DNA of 63,972 nt, filler included, from Craspedostauros australis (GCA_030167865.1; 6 parts of 6 records of this genome joined end to end with filler, not necessarily neighbours in it), one strand, 5' to 3'; shown: positions 1 to 11,653, counted from the first letter of the whole stretch. Notes: a model not told the origin generated them from the letters alone. Translations and numbers: made by a program.

Positions 1-759
1 ATCCAGCACCCGCTGCGGTTTGCACTGCGTGAGGCTCTTGGCCTCTTGGAGCACCCTCTTGGCGATGGCGTAGTTGGAATCGAACCGGAAGGTGAGGTCC
101 GCGAGAGTTTGGTCCGGCCCATAATACACCGGCGGGAACTTGGCAGGATCAAGCTGGTGGTTGCTGGCACTGCTTTTGTCACCAGGATTGACCATGGCAC
201 GCCGGTCGCGTTCGCGGAAGACCGACAATCTGCGCTGCGTCTTGAGCACACGCTCGTAGTTGCGTCGCAGCTGGCGCTTTGTGCGCTGTCCGTCCTTGAG
301 AATGTCAGCAATGGTGGATTCCAGATGTTCGGGCAGCTTGGGATCGGAGGCCCTCCACGATGCTCTGGCTGACGGTCCGAGTAAGTTCCTCCACGTGTAC
401 GCAGCGGCAACGCCGGCGGAATTTGTGCGCGTGACGGACGCCTCTTCATCGGACACCAAGGCATCACCTCCACCTACATCCGTCCCGCGCGGTGCCATCG
501 TGCTCATGAAAGTGAGCGTGGTTGTGTTCGACGGCAGCAACTGTGGTGTCATAGTCATGGTCGTAGTCCGACGGCAATGACGACCCATTGAGAAGGAGCG
601 TCGGCAGTATCGATGATGATGATGGACTCTCAGCCCCTCCCTTGCCACCGCTGCTTGCGCAGATCTCGTCGCGCATCGTCGCATCCATGGCGTCGATCGT
701 ATCGTCCTGTCGACAGAATGAGCACTGAATGCGTTGCTGCCACTTCGAATCATCACCAT
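1..759 (-). CDS. RSM22: RSM22/METTL17-like mitochondrial small-subunit methyltransferase-family protein, 3'-truncated by the window edge
   Basis: Not in the ORF track because it runs off the window. The minus frame is open from ATG 759 (context cacaATG) to base 1. It has an Arg-rich mitochondrial-type N-terminus and ends ...PVYYGPDQTLADLTFRFDSNYAIAKRVLQEAKSLTQCKPQRVLD, matching the Rsm22 'Y..R...Y.....VL.E.....P..VLDFG' segment just before SAM motif I. Confidence 0.75.
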   Translation of the reverse strand, partial: MVMIRSGSNAFSAHSVDRTIRSTPWMRRCATRSAQAAVAREGLRVHHHHRYCRRSFSMGRHCRRTTTMTMTPQLLPSNTTTLTFMSTMAPRGTDVGGGDALVSDEEASVTRTNSAGVAAAYTWRNLLGPSARASWRASDPKLPEHLESTIADILKDGQRTKRQLRRNYERVLKTQRRLSVFRERDRRAMVNPGDKSSASNHQLDPAKFPPVYYGPDQTLADLTFRFDSNYAIAKRVLQEAKSLTQCKPQRVLD

Positions 760-1295
760 TGTGTTCTTCGTCGTGGTTGGAGTTGTTGGCGCGGTTGTTG
801 CTTTTGTGGTGATGGTCTTTTCTTGTTGCTGGGGTGTGGGAAATTGGAACAGAATTCCAACAAATGCCTCCAAACCTTCACCACAATTCTTGAGTCTGGT
901 GAGTCCAGGATGAATTTCTGTGAAAGCTACAACCAGTGACGTCACCAAACAGGCATTGGTTCTAGAAACTGTTGTGTGAAGCGAATTACCAATATTCCCG
1001 GGATCATCCAAACACGAGTCAATCTGACCAGAAAAACAGCAACAATTCGACAATAAGCGCTATCGGTTTGCCGAGTGAGTGAACTGTAGTAGTACCATCC
1101 ATTCGATTGGACACGAGTACCAGCATCCGCACTTGGTCTTCGAACACACTGGGAGTGCAATTTGCTATTTGATACTATTATTCTTAGCGGTGCACCATGC
1201 CACACTCCACAGTTGTGCCGCACTGGCACTGGGACTGTTGCGAGTACAAGTACAATAACTCTACACGTTGCACGGCCCACATCGTGCCGTGACAC

Positions 1296-2738
1296 TTAGT
1301 TGGGCTTTGGTCCGAACATCATGTTGTACGCAATGGGCGTTCCAGTCTTGATGACGAGCGTCGTCAAGCATACGTGCAGTAACCTGGCCTCGAATCCGCG
1401 CAGGTTGGACTCGCGAAGTCCCTTCCAGCCGGTCTCGTTGAATTCGTCCATGAAGAGCTTGATGGGGGAGACCTTGACACCGGCCTTCTTGGCATCCTGC
1501 GTCTTGGCCACCAGCACATCGAGCGGCAGCGTGAGGATGGTGGAGGCGACGCCACCGAGCAGGGACGAGGCTCCCTTCTCGACGGTTGTGAGGGCGGCCC
1601 CCTTGAGGCCGACGAAGAAGGTCTCGAAGAGGTCGGAGAAGAAGTAACGCGTGGACCAGTCGAAGACGCGCTTCGTGGCGAAGACGTTGGATCCCTTCAT
1701 GAGAGTCATGAAGCCTTCCTTCTGCACAACCTCGAAACCGATGAGGAGACTGAGCCACGTGGTCTTGAGCAGGGACATCTGCTCGCGGAAGACGGGGTTG
1801 GTCATGACGCGGGTCTTCATGAGGAGGGTGGGGGAGAGGACGTATCCCTGAAATCCTCCCCCGATACCACCGGCCATGGTGAGAGCGAGAGCCATTGGAA
1901 GCTTGCCCTCCTTGGCCATCGGAACGAGGTATTTGGAGGCGGTGGCGTGCGCCAATCCGAAGACTCCACCCTTGAGGACGGACTGGATGACACCCCATGG
2001 AATGAATCCGTCCCACAGCCCGGTGATTCCCTTCTCGGAGGTGATGTCGTTGTAGACCTGGCCGTAGGTGGTTCCGGCCGGCGATGTCTGCATGACGATT
2101 TTGAAGAATTCCAGGACGTGTCCGATGCATCCCTCGAAGACCAACGTGACGATGGCGGAGACCAGCAGCTTCTTGGCCAGTTCGTTGCCGACGGCTGGTG
2201 CCGCGGCTCCACCGCGCACCAAGAGCGCCTTGCTGGCAGCGCTCCCCTGCGGCTGCTGCTTCAGCGTGATTTCCGACTCGAATGTGATGCCGCTGGATGG
2301 GACGAACGCATTGGACTTGGCAGTGGAGAAGGATGGTGCTGCATCAGCACGACCTGCCGAGACGTGCACCCGTCGCGAGCGATGCAAGGAGGCGTTGGAG
2401 AGCATGGAGGAATGACCATCGTTGTCATCATCATCATCATCGTCCTCGTCCTCCTGTTCATCGTTGACATCCTCGTCGAAGTCGGTCTCGACGTAGAAGT
2501 CCGAGATGTACGCTGTCTCGTCGTTGTTCTTGCCGGGAAGGTCTCCTCCGCCACCTTGGCACATCAACGCTTCGGAAGAAACGAAGCATCCACCTTCATA
2601 CGCAAGGGCGCTGGACACGACGGATGGCGCATTGCTGCTGCTGCTGCTGCTGCTACCGGCATGGGCGGCAGAGATGGCCGATGCTGTGGCTAGAAGCAGC
2701 AACAGGTTGCCGCATCGTTGGCTTGTCATGGATGGCAT
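1296..2738 (-). CDS. Mitochondrial carrier family (SLC25) protein, YHM2-like citrate/2-oxoglutarate carrier, with N-terminal signal peptide and long acidic extension
   Basis: 480-aa ORF with three carrier repeats (HVLEFFK, PTLLMKTR, PLDVLVAK). GLWDGFIPWGVIQSVLKGGVF resembles Yhm2 [20 protein letters not shown]. Hydrophobic N-terminus LLLLLATASAISAAHA. Confidence 0.85.
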   Translation of the reverse strand: MPSMTSQRCGNLLLLLATASAISAAHAGSSSSSSSNAPSVVSSALAYEGGCFVSSEALMCQGGGGDLPGKNNDETAYISDFYVETDFDEDVNDEQEDEDDDDDDDNDGHSSMLSNASLHRSRRVHVSAGRADAAPSFSTAKSNAFVPSSGITFESEITLKQQPQGSAASKALLVRGGAAAPAVGNELAKKLLVSAIVTLVFEGCIGHVLEFFKIVMQTSPAGTTYGQVYNDITSEKGITGLWDGFIPWGVIQSVLKGGVFGLAHATASKYLVPMAKEGKLPMALALTMAGGIGGGFQGYVLSPTLLMKTRVMTNPVFREQMSLLKTTWLSLLIGFEVVQKEGFMTLMKGSNVFATKRVFDWSTRYFFSDLFETFFVGLKGAALTTVEKGASSLLGGVASTILTLPLDVLVAKTQDAKKAGVKVSPIKLFMDEFNETGWKGLRESNLRGFEARLLHVCLTTLVIKTGTPIAYNMMFGPKPN

Positions 2739-3779
2739 AGTTCTGATTGGATGAGACGGGATGGGATGAGATGGGATTCAATCTGTGGCAACACACTCAA
2801 CCAAAAGTATGTGATGTATTGATGAGTATTTGGTGGGGCTCATCCCATTGTTCACTTTTCTTCACATGGATACCAACAAACAACGCACGCCGATGAAAGG
2901 AGGAGACGCCACCGACGTCCGCGCATGTGACGCCATCGTCATCACATGGGTGTCATCGCCCCAGACGCTCCAATGGTTGGCTTTCCACGCATTTTCGGTT
3001 CAGGATTCGTCATTCACAACAAAGAGATGCGAGGTGCCTGCCGGATGGAAGGAAGGACGAGTGACACAACTTCGAGAACCAAGAACAACAGGAGTGATTT
3101 GTCCTTTCCGGATGACGTCATGTGATTGAATCTGATCCCCAGATACATGACTTGGAAGATTGATCTTGTGGGAATGAGCGTTGACTTTCCAGTCCCGTTC
3201 TTGTTTGATCGTGAACATCATGTCCATGACTCGTGCATCAGTTGCGTGACGTCGATCGTGAAATCTGTGTTCTGCTGACGATGGGCAGACTGTATCAGTA
3301 GGAATTGTACGACAGGGAGAAAAAGAACTCTCGCAAAAATGACGAACAAAAAATGGGAACAAGAAGAAGGGAAGCAAACGAAGAACACAAGAGAAGAAAC
3401 AGTCATCGAAGAAGGAACCTTGGGAAAGGATCACCTGTTGGAGACATGACACGATGACGATCTGCGAACCGAAGTGCAACGTGATGTGCACCCACACGAG
3501 AGGAGGCACCTCACAACCTCAACGCAAACAGATCAACACAAGGGGGGAGCCACAGGAAGATTGCGACGAGAGAGGAGAACGAAAGTCGACCTCCAACGAG
3601 ACGAGACGAGACCAACCGACTCTGCATAAAATTGCAAAGCTTCCGTCATCGTCGCAACTGAGCAACTCCGCAATCGCAACTCCACAAGACAATCAAATCA
3701 AAGCGATAGATCAACATCAATAGAAGAACAGCAATAGATCAATACTCGTACATACAATATTATACGAAAGCAATAGAAG

Positions 3780-4898
3780 ATGTGCCGCGACACAGACAAC
3801 GGACCGGTCCTCAACAGCTCTCACCTGCCCTACCGTGTGGCAGGGAGCTACCTGCTGGAGCGGCTGAAAGATGCAGGCATCGAGATTCCCAGCATCGGCG
3901 TCATCTGCGGTTCCGGACTCTCCGGTCTGTCGGCGACCTTGGACGGCAAGACTCTCACCGTCAAGTACTCCGAGATTCCTGGCTTCCCAGCACATTGCAC
4001 CGTGGCGGGGCACAAGGGCGAGGTCGTCTTTGGTCTGCTCAGTGGAGTGCCGGCCATGTGCTTCCGCGGACGGTTCCACTCCTACGAGGGACATGACATG
4101 AAGACGGTGGTGCTGCCCGTGCACGTCATGCGATGTCTCAATGTCAAGGCGGTCATCATCACCAACGCCGCCGGCGGTCTCAACCCCACCTTCAACGTCG
4201 GAGACGTCGTCTGCATCACGGACCATCTGGCTTTGCCGCACTTGGCCGGCAAGAATTCGTTGGTGGGACCCAACGATGACGAGCTGGGACCTAGATTTCC
4301 ACCCACCAGCAACGCGTACAACCCGCAGTTGTGTCAAGCCGTGCTGGAGGCGGCCAAGCGCATGAAGGCGGACTTTATCGTCCCGCACGGCACCTACTGC
4401 TTCGTGTCCGGGCCCATGTACGAGAGCAAATCGGAATGCCACTTCCTGCGCTCCGCTGGCGGGGATTGCGTCGGCATGAGCACCATCCCAGAGGTCATCG
4501 CTGCGCATCACTGCGGCATGCGGGTCCTCTGCCTTTCCCTCATCACCAACAAGGTCGTCACCAAGGATAATGACGGGCCCGCCGCGTCTCATGCGGAGGT
4601 GCTCGAGGCCGTCTCCAACCGTTCCGTCCAGATGCAGCAGCTCGTCAAGGAGATCATCGTCGCGCTCAACAAAAAGATCCTGCCGCAGATGCCGGATCTG
4701 TCACCCATCGAAATGAAGTACGCCAAGATGCAATACGAGCGGGAGCAGAAGGGCGGGGACTTTGCCATTGGTGCTGATGGCAGTTCGGGTGGTAGCCCTG
4801 CGAGTGGCGCAATTTCCATGCAATCAGTCGCAACTGGCGCATTGCTCTTCGTCGCTGGATCGTTGGCAACTCTGCTCATGCAACAGCAACGACGGTGA
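3780..4898 (+). CDS. PNP: Purine nucleoside phosphorylase (trimeric PNP-I, inosine/guanosine type) with C-terminal hydrophobic tail
   Basis: Motifs GVICGSGL, IPGFP..TVAGHKG, GRFHSYEG, ITNAAGGLN, GPRFP, GPMYE, VGMSTIPE, SLITNK, SHAEVL. Intronless 372-aa ORF. Confidence 0.95.
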   Translation: MCRDTDNGPVLNSSHLPYRVAGSYLLERLKDAGIEIPSIGVICGSGLSGLSATLDGKTLTVKYSEIPGFPAHCTVAGHKGEVVFGLLSGVPAMCFRGRFHSYEGHDMKTVVLPVHVMRCLNVKAVIITNAAGGLNPTFNVGDVVCITDHLALPHLAGKNSLVGPNDDELGPRFPPTSNAYNPQLCQAVLEAAKRMKADFIVPHGTYCFVSGPMYESKSECHFLRSAGGDCVGMSTIPEVIAAHHCGMRVLCLSLITNKVVTKDNDGPAASHAEVLEAVSNRSVQMQQLVKEIIVALNKKILPQMPDLSPIEMKYAKMQYEREQKGGDFAIGADGSSGGSPASGAISMQSVATGALLFVAGSLATLLMQQQRR

Positions 4899-5225
4899 AC
4901 GCTGCATTATATCTGGGCGATGATGCGACACGACACTGACGACTCATGTGTCGGCTGGAATGGAGTAAGCACACACAGCGATGGCGGAACAAGGGCGGTG
5001 TCCTCTTACTGGTATAACAACTATTATACTCTTTGGTCATTGACCAGGAGGACACACGGCTACATGAAAATGAACAATACAAAATGAACAAAAGATGAAT
5101 GAACGAACGCAAGAGGACACAGGCAGACAACAAGTCCATAAAAATAGAGCACATGTGGGATCTTGTTCATATTTCTTATTACCCCACGCTGTCTCCCTTT
5201 ACTCCACTCTGAATTTCAAGTGATG

Positions 5226-8200
5226 TCAGCAGATGGCACCATCGACAGCGGTTGCATCGGCTTCCTTCTTTTCTTCGTGGATGCAGTCGACGTCCCCTGG
5301 TCCATGGTCGCGTTCACTTCGGCGTTGCTTCACAGGAGGTGGAGCTTCTGCAAATTCGCCGAACAAAGCCAATGCCTCTTTCGCCAATTCTTTGCGCAGG
5401 GTGTGCCGCGAACGATCCAGGTACTGCTGCACGATCAGGCAGGACCCGCCACTCTCAAAGCGCAACGCCATGTTCCCGTTACGGATCAGCTTGGGCACGT
5501 CATCGTGCTTCACGGCGACGTGCAAGTTCTCACCGTCGGCGGCGGCAGCAATTATGTTCAGCAAGGAGATGGACAGCACGACGGTGCCGCGGTTCGACTC
5601 GATCTGCTCTGTGGATGGTTGCACGATGTAGATGTCGGTGGGATCCAGCACCAGCAGCAGGAAGTTCTTCGGCCGGAACACTCCAAGCTCTTCCGAGAAA
5701 CTCTTGGCGCGTCGGATGGTATCCTTATCGGATGCAAACACCTTGGACTGCACCATGCGGTTCGAATCCTTCTCCTGTCTGGGTGCATGGAAGCGGAACG
5801 TCATGCGTCCTCGGAGGTCCAGATCCGTCCCATTCTCTTGCTTGGCGACGAAGCCTGCGACCTTGCGACACACTGCGTCTGCTTCGTCCCTCACCAACAG
5901 CGTCTTGCCGTGCTTGTCGAGCAGCCGATTGCCTTTGGCAGAGACGGCACGTTCCGCCATCGTCGTCATGGCTCGGCAAATGGCGCGGAAGTGCAATGCC
6001 ATCTCCACGTAAAACCGAGTTATCTCCACGTCGTTGGTGCCGACGCCTCGGAACTTGCGTACGAGCAGCTCCGCGATGCCGGCCATGTTGGAGTACTCAC
6101 GTCGTGACACCTGCGCCGTGTAGACACAAACCCCCGAATGGTTGCGATGCATCTTGTACCGATCGATGATCGCCGATTCTGTGATGTCCAAGAAGATCTC
6201 GGAGATGCCCGTGGCGTTCTGACACTTGAGCACCTGGGTGCAGAAGTACCTTCGCGCTCTGCAAAGGCCCTTCCACACCGCCGATTGCGCCAGAACTTCT
6301 GTGGGTATCATCGATGGCGCACCAGCCGCTGTTGCTGTTCCTACTGCTACGGTTGGTCTTGTTGTTCTTGTGCGCGTTGCAAAACTGCACACCATCGACC
6401 GCACGAGCATCCGCGCCGACACCGACCCCACCGTTTCCAAGGCCGTCTTGGACACCGGCGAATGCAGCTGGTGGTTGCGACACAGGTAGGTCGCGATGCC
6501 TCGTTCCACGGGTGTGGCTGGACCAGCATGCCCATTCGCATTGAAGATGGTGTCGACCGCCGCCAAGGTTTCATTATCGATTGCCTCGCATTTCAAGATG
6601 CTCTCAACGAGAACGGCCGTGGAAGCGACGCGCCAGCCACCGTACCGGCCTTCAATGCACTTCATTAGCTCTTCCTTGAAGCTGTTGTTCTTCATCTTAC
6701 CTGTTGATGCTTTGCTTCCATCGGCCTCCGAGGACTTTTCCCGGTTGCTGGATTGAATCAGGCCATTCAAAGCCGGCATCAAGATGTATTGGGATGATGC
6801 TGCATCCACTTGAGAGGAGCGGTTCTTGATGGCGACATCCTCCCATGCGCTCGTGCTGTTTGGATGCAACAGAGCAACAGCGAGCATGCGTTGGAATGGC
6901 GCGTAATTGGCGTGGCTGAAAATCGATGATAGACAGAGGGTCGCGAGCTGCGCCAACGCCTCCGGTTCGGGGATGCAATCGACATCGTGCGTTCCGACAT
7001 TGAGGAACTGCGAATACTTGCGTGGCAGAAGATGATGCAGCATGACGGAAACAACCCGCTGCAGGAAGCATTCGCAGATACGAACATTCAGATTGCTGAC
7101 CCCGCTCCACACAACTTCGTTCACCATGTCGATGCTGATGCGATAGGTCGAGAGCTGTCCAGCGATGGCGTTGCAGCGCACCGAATCGACGATCGGTCCA
7201 GTGCTCAAGCTTGCGATCTTGGTGAAGCGGTAGTTGAGTCTCTCCGACAGATGATTGGCTATTCTTTGCTGCTCGAAATCCGCGTGCGCCACCCACTCTT
7301 GTATTGCCGCTGAGGGGAGCTGGACGATGCTGATGATGGCATTGATGCAGACTGTGTATATGTGGGAATCGGAGCTGGCAAAGTTGCTTGTCGCGATATC
7401 CAGAGCAGCATTGAACAATGGGAGAGATGCCGTGGAATGCTGAGTGCTTTCCTTTGGCTTCTGCGATTGGTCATCTGTTCCGGAATGATTCTGAACCTCC
7501 TCGTTTTGAGAGTGCCCGTCTTGCCTGCGTCGCTCCTCTTGTTTTTGTTGCTGCTGTTCTTTTAGCATTATCTGTGCGGGTTGCGCCAATGATGACGATG
7601 CCGAATCTGAAACCGACGATGTCGTGGATGAGAGTATCAGGAATGGGAAGATGTCGGGATTCGATTCCAACCGTATGACCAAGTTGTCCAGCAAGTCGAC
7701 GTAGGCAGGCATCATCTCCTCAAGTGCTGGATGGGTCCATCGATGCATCGGGGTGATGGAAGAAAGGAGCTCGTTGATGCTGCCGTTGGAAAGCAGATAG
7801 TACAGCACGGAGGAATTTCTCGCAGTCTTGATCAAGTGTGCTGTAGTTCGGAATATCTGCGCTTTGACTTTCGGGCTCCATACGACGCCATGGAAGTAAC
7901 TGAATGGTTTGGCAATGCTGCTGTCTTGGTGGCAAGGCACCTCCTTGGCGATGTCGACGAAGAGGGATAGCATGTTCTTCTCGCAGAAGTATTCGAAGAC
8001 GGAATCGCTTCGGATGTTGGATTTGGCGTAATTGCGATCGCAGCTGGCTACCAGTTCGCCCAATCTCTGGATGGACCGCACGACGCGAGTCTCAATGCCA
8101 CGCGCGGTGGACAACGCAGCTACTGAGGCGTCGTCTCGGATGGCAACCGCGCCCAAGTTCCGTCCCTCCTTGTCTGCCGAACGCGTGGCGGCCATGATCC

Positions 8201-8905
8201 GAAATGCCGCCGCCAAATCCTTCGCCTCCACCTTCGTTGATTGGGGAGGAGGTTGCGACAAGGATCTGGACCGGCTTTTCGAATGCGATGATAACGATGG
8301 GCCGGATGATCGGATGCTAACTGCGCTGGGGGATGATGAGATGTCGTCCGCTTCTATCCGACGGCTGGCGCTGCTGCCAATGCCATCAGCATCTGTATTC
8401 AAAGCAGCAGCGGCAGCAGTCTGGAATTTGGAAAGCAGCGATCTCGAGAAGATGTTCCGCAACGACTTCTGCCTGAGTTGTTCGTCGCTGTCATCGATGC
8501 CTCTGCGCCCCAGCAAGTCGTTCGACACGTCGATGTGATGTAGAAGGTCTGAGGAGTGGAGGTGAGCGAAGTGAGGATGCAGGGTCGTGGAGCATAGTAC
8601 GTGAAACGGGGAAAAGAGTTTGTGAGCGCAGAGAGATGTGTACCAACGTTTGCATGTATGTGATGAGATGTGGGACAACAATGACATGCAAAGCCAACAA
8701 CAGACTCGACCATGTCAATACATGCCTACTCTGCAGTCTTGTTCGAATGATCTCTTTCTCTGTCGCTGTCGCTGTCTCTGTGAAGAGAGAGAGATAGCAG
8801 TGAGAACTCACCTGCGTACAAGCGGCGTGTATTGTCAACAGACGCACGGTCGCGAGATTTTGGGAACAGCATTGCCCCCACCACGGATTCTCCCATGCCC
8901 ATCAT
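5226..8905 (-). CDS. CLEC16A: CLEC16A/TT9 (FPL-domain) endolysosomal/autophagy protein; exons 8905-8812, 8548-5226
   Basis: FPL motifs VFEYFCEKNMLSLF, VKAQIFRT, YYLLSNGSINEL, EEMMPAYVDLL, LPLF. Donor GCAG|GTGAGT at 8812/8811 and acceptor ctcctcag|AC at 8549/8548 join in phase 1 to give RRLYA-D-LLHHID. The start codon choice is tentative. Confidence 0.8.
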
Positions 8906-9793
8906 CGTCAACAGGATACTCAAATCTGCTCTGCTCTGCTCTGGTATTCTTTGTCTTGCTCTTAGATATCCAGTTGCTTGATTGTTGCTTGATCGTTGCT
9001 GTTGTTGTTGTTCTTTGGAGTAGAGCAGAGTCGTCTGAGGGAGGCCAGTCCTCGGATTTGGGAGTTGTGTTTTCTCTTGGACTCCGTGACGAGCGTCGCG
9101 CGCAGTGGTGTTGATTGTTGTCGGATGGACGCAAGTTGAGCAAAGACACATCGACACGGACAAAATCCCGGAGGTGTTCAAGTTCCTTGCTTTTTTGTGG
9201 GAACGAGTTGGTGAGACGCAAATGCTCATTGGCGTTAATTTCCGTTATTTCATCCGTTGAGATGCCAAAGTCTAACGAAGGGGAATCCACTATAATGGAT
9301 ACTGTGATAGTCCCATTATTCCATAACGTTCATCGTGGACTCGATGTCCCCCGATTCACGAGTCATTAATCCCAATCGTGGGCGCAAGGCAGCGAAACAA
9401 CACGAGACAAAACGGAGTCGCAAGTCAATCACAAAGTCTCCAAACCTCACACCAACAACAAGGAGAGGAAGCAGAAGATCGCCACCACCCGGCCAATCTT
9501 GCATCACCCAACAAGGATGACCCATCACATCCACACGCACATACTACCTCGTGCGACCTACGACTACCGGTCCACACGAGCACTTGCAGCTGAGTGGAAC
9601 AAGAAATACGTGCATTCCTGCAACCAGCAACGAAGACTGGATTGGCCCTTCCCCGACACTCGCACAGCCACCCTCCTGGTCGAGTGAGCAATTCCGACGG
9701 TTCCTCCCAGAGTGGGATGCTGTCAGAGAGCCTTCTACCAAGAGGCTCGGTACATTCCACGTGCCCCAGATGGTCATAATCTCCAAAGCAAAC

Positions 9794-11332
9794 ATGCCAT
9801 CCGCAAGAGAAACAGAAGGGCTGCTGGGTGGATGCGGCCGAGGCAGGGACAGCGAAGTCCAGTCTGGGCGCAACAAGATCAAATTCAAGATTGCATGGGG
9901 TGCCCACATCCTCCTTTCCGTCGCGATCCTTGTGATAGGCATCATCGCCAATGGTGAAGACAGGTGGGTGTCTCGCGTGCCATATGCAACGACCACGTGC
10001 GGATAGTATAGAATGGAAGAAACGAGAGGAGAGGAGAGTGTGATGCAGAACAGTATGGGAGAGGGGTGGTAGAGCGTAGACGTTCCTCTGATCGCTGTTC
10101 CATTCTTTGCGTTGGTGGGACACTTCGCAGTGCAGTGCAGTGTGAGGCCGCGCAATTCAGCTTGGCCTGATTGTATGCGCATGCGCATGTGCTGTTGATG
10201 TTTCACAAGGGCACATCATCTCACATGCTAACTGCTCTCTAACTTGTTTCTCAAATACCATGCAATATATTCGACACTCTGTCGTCATTCATACATGTCC
10301 ACGTTCATGCGCTTGCCATAACAACACGTTTGCCATGACAACACTCGTATCCACCCGACATCGTATCTCCATGTTGACAGAAAGCTCGTGAAAGCTGGCA
10401 ATCCTGCCAGAATCCCTGCCGATTGCAACAAGTTATACGTCAATGTCCTGGTGGATTCCATCGATGACGATGAAGCGACGATATGCTGTACCTCCGGCAG
10501 TGATGATCATCCGCTTCTCTGCGGTTCACTGGTACGTTGGTTGTCGCGCAGAGTAGTCGTAAAGAAGTTACTATTTCAAGAGAAAATGTTCTTCTCCACC
10601 CACTCCACCACTCACCACGCTTCAATCTCACTCTCGCATTCATTTTCACTTTCACCCCCACTTCCACCTCTACCACAATGTTGAATGCAGCTCTCCAATC
10701 TGCCCCTGGCGACGAGGCTGACCAAGTTTCCAGACGCCTGGTTGCTTCCCCTATTCCCACTATTCATTCGGTATATTTCGGATGCTGCGCACACGATCGC
10801 CAGAGAAACATCGCACTTCACCGTATTCAGCAAAAAGAGCTTCTTCCGACTGGCGCTGTACGTTGCGGTCCTCTTCCTTCGCGGATTCGTGCTGTACCTT
10901 GGTGTCAACGCTATCGAAGGCGCAATCATCAAGGATGCGCCTGAAAGCTGCTGGCACGATGACTGGATGAAGGAAGGGACCAGCTCATGTCGCGGATACG
11001 AATTCGATTATTCCGATCACGTAGTCCTGTACTTCGGGCAGATGCTGGCGTTACCGTTGGCGGAAGTCATGCATTCGCTGTACATCGATCAGTTTTGGGG
11101 CGAGAGCACCAAGGTGTGCGGGACGAGGACGTGGTATCCGAAGATCCTCGTCGTTGTGCTGGTCTACCTGTACTTCATCACATTTTTGAATGCCTACCTG
11201 ACAGCGTCGTACTTCCACACTGGGCTGGAAATTGCTGTGGGCTACTTCGTCAGCTTGCTGATTCAGATCCCGCTCTACATGCTGCAAGCCACGCACGTGA
11301 TACCAGCCGTGTCGGATGTCTTCTTTGGATAA
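9794..11332 (+). CDS. FIT/Scs3-like (fat-storage-inducing transmembrane / acyl-CoA diphosphatase family) multi-pass membrane protein; exons 9794-9963, 10381-10531, 10691-11332
   Basis: In-phase GT..AG introns (AG|GTGGGT...gacag|A; CTG|GTACGT...tgcag|CTC). Motifs CRGYEFDYSDHVVL and TASYFHTGLEIAVG resemble the FIT 'GFDISGH' and 'TxxYFHTxxEKxxG' His motifs. Several TM segments. Confidence 0.65.
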
Positions 11333-11555
11333 CGCTATTGCCTATAGAGTACGCAAGTATATGTGCACAGAGCAGAATAGAGTAGAGTAGGAGTACCATA
11401 CATGTTCCATGATCCGTTCAGAGCGGGCGAATCAGATTTGCCTCTGTGCGTCGCGAAATCTGTCATGATGGGGTATGGGTTGGCAGCAAATACTTTCTTG
11501 TTTTGCCGATCGTCGTCGTATTCTCCCGTTGCAACAAAACAGAAGCAGCATGTGA

Positions 11556-11583
11556 TGCCATGCCATGCCATGCCATGCCATGC
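11556..11583. repeat. (ATGCC)n pentanucleotide microsatellite
   Basis: atgccatgccatgccatgccatgccatg between the convergent FIT-like and Gemin2 3' ends. Confidence 0.8.
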
Positions 11584-11653
11584 GAGAGACTGGCCTCCTT
11601 TGTGTTCATTCGCTCAATGAGCCATTCGTTTCATTTTGCAAAGATTCGTTCAC

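Noticed and set aside
5758..5770. GGTTCGAATCC tRNA T-loop/B-box-like motif
   Set aside because: It lies inside the CLEC16A CDS and has no cloverleaf stems around it.
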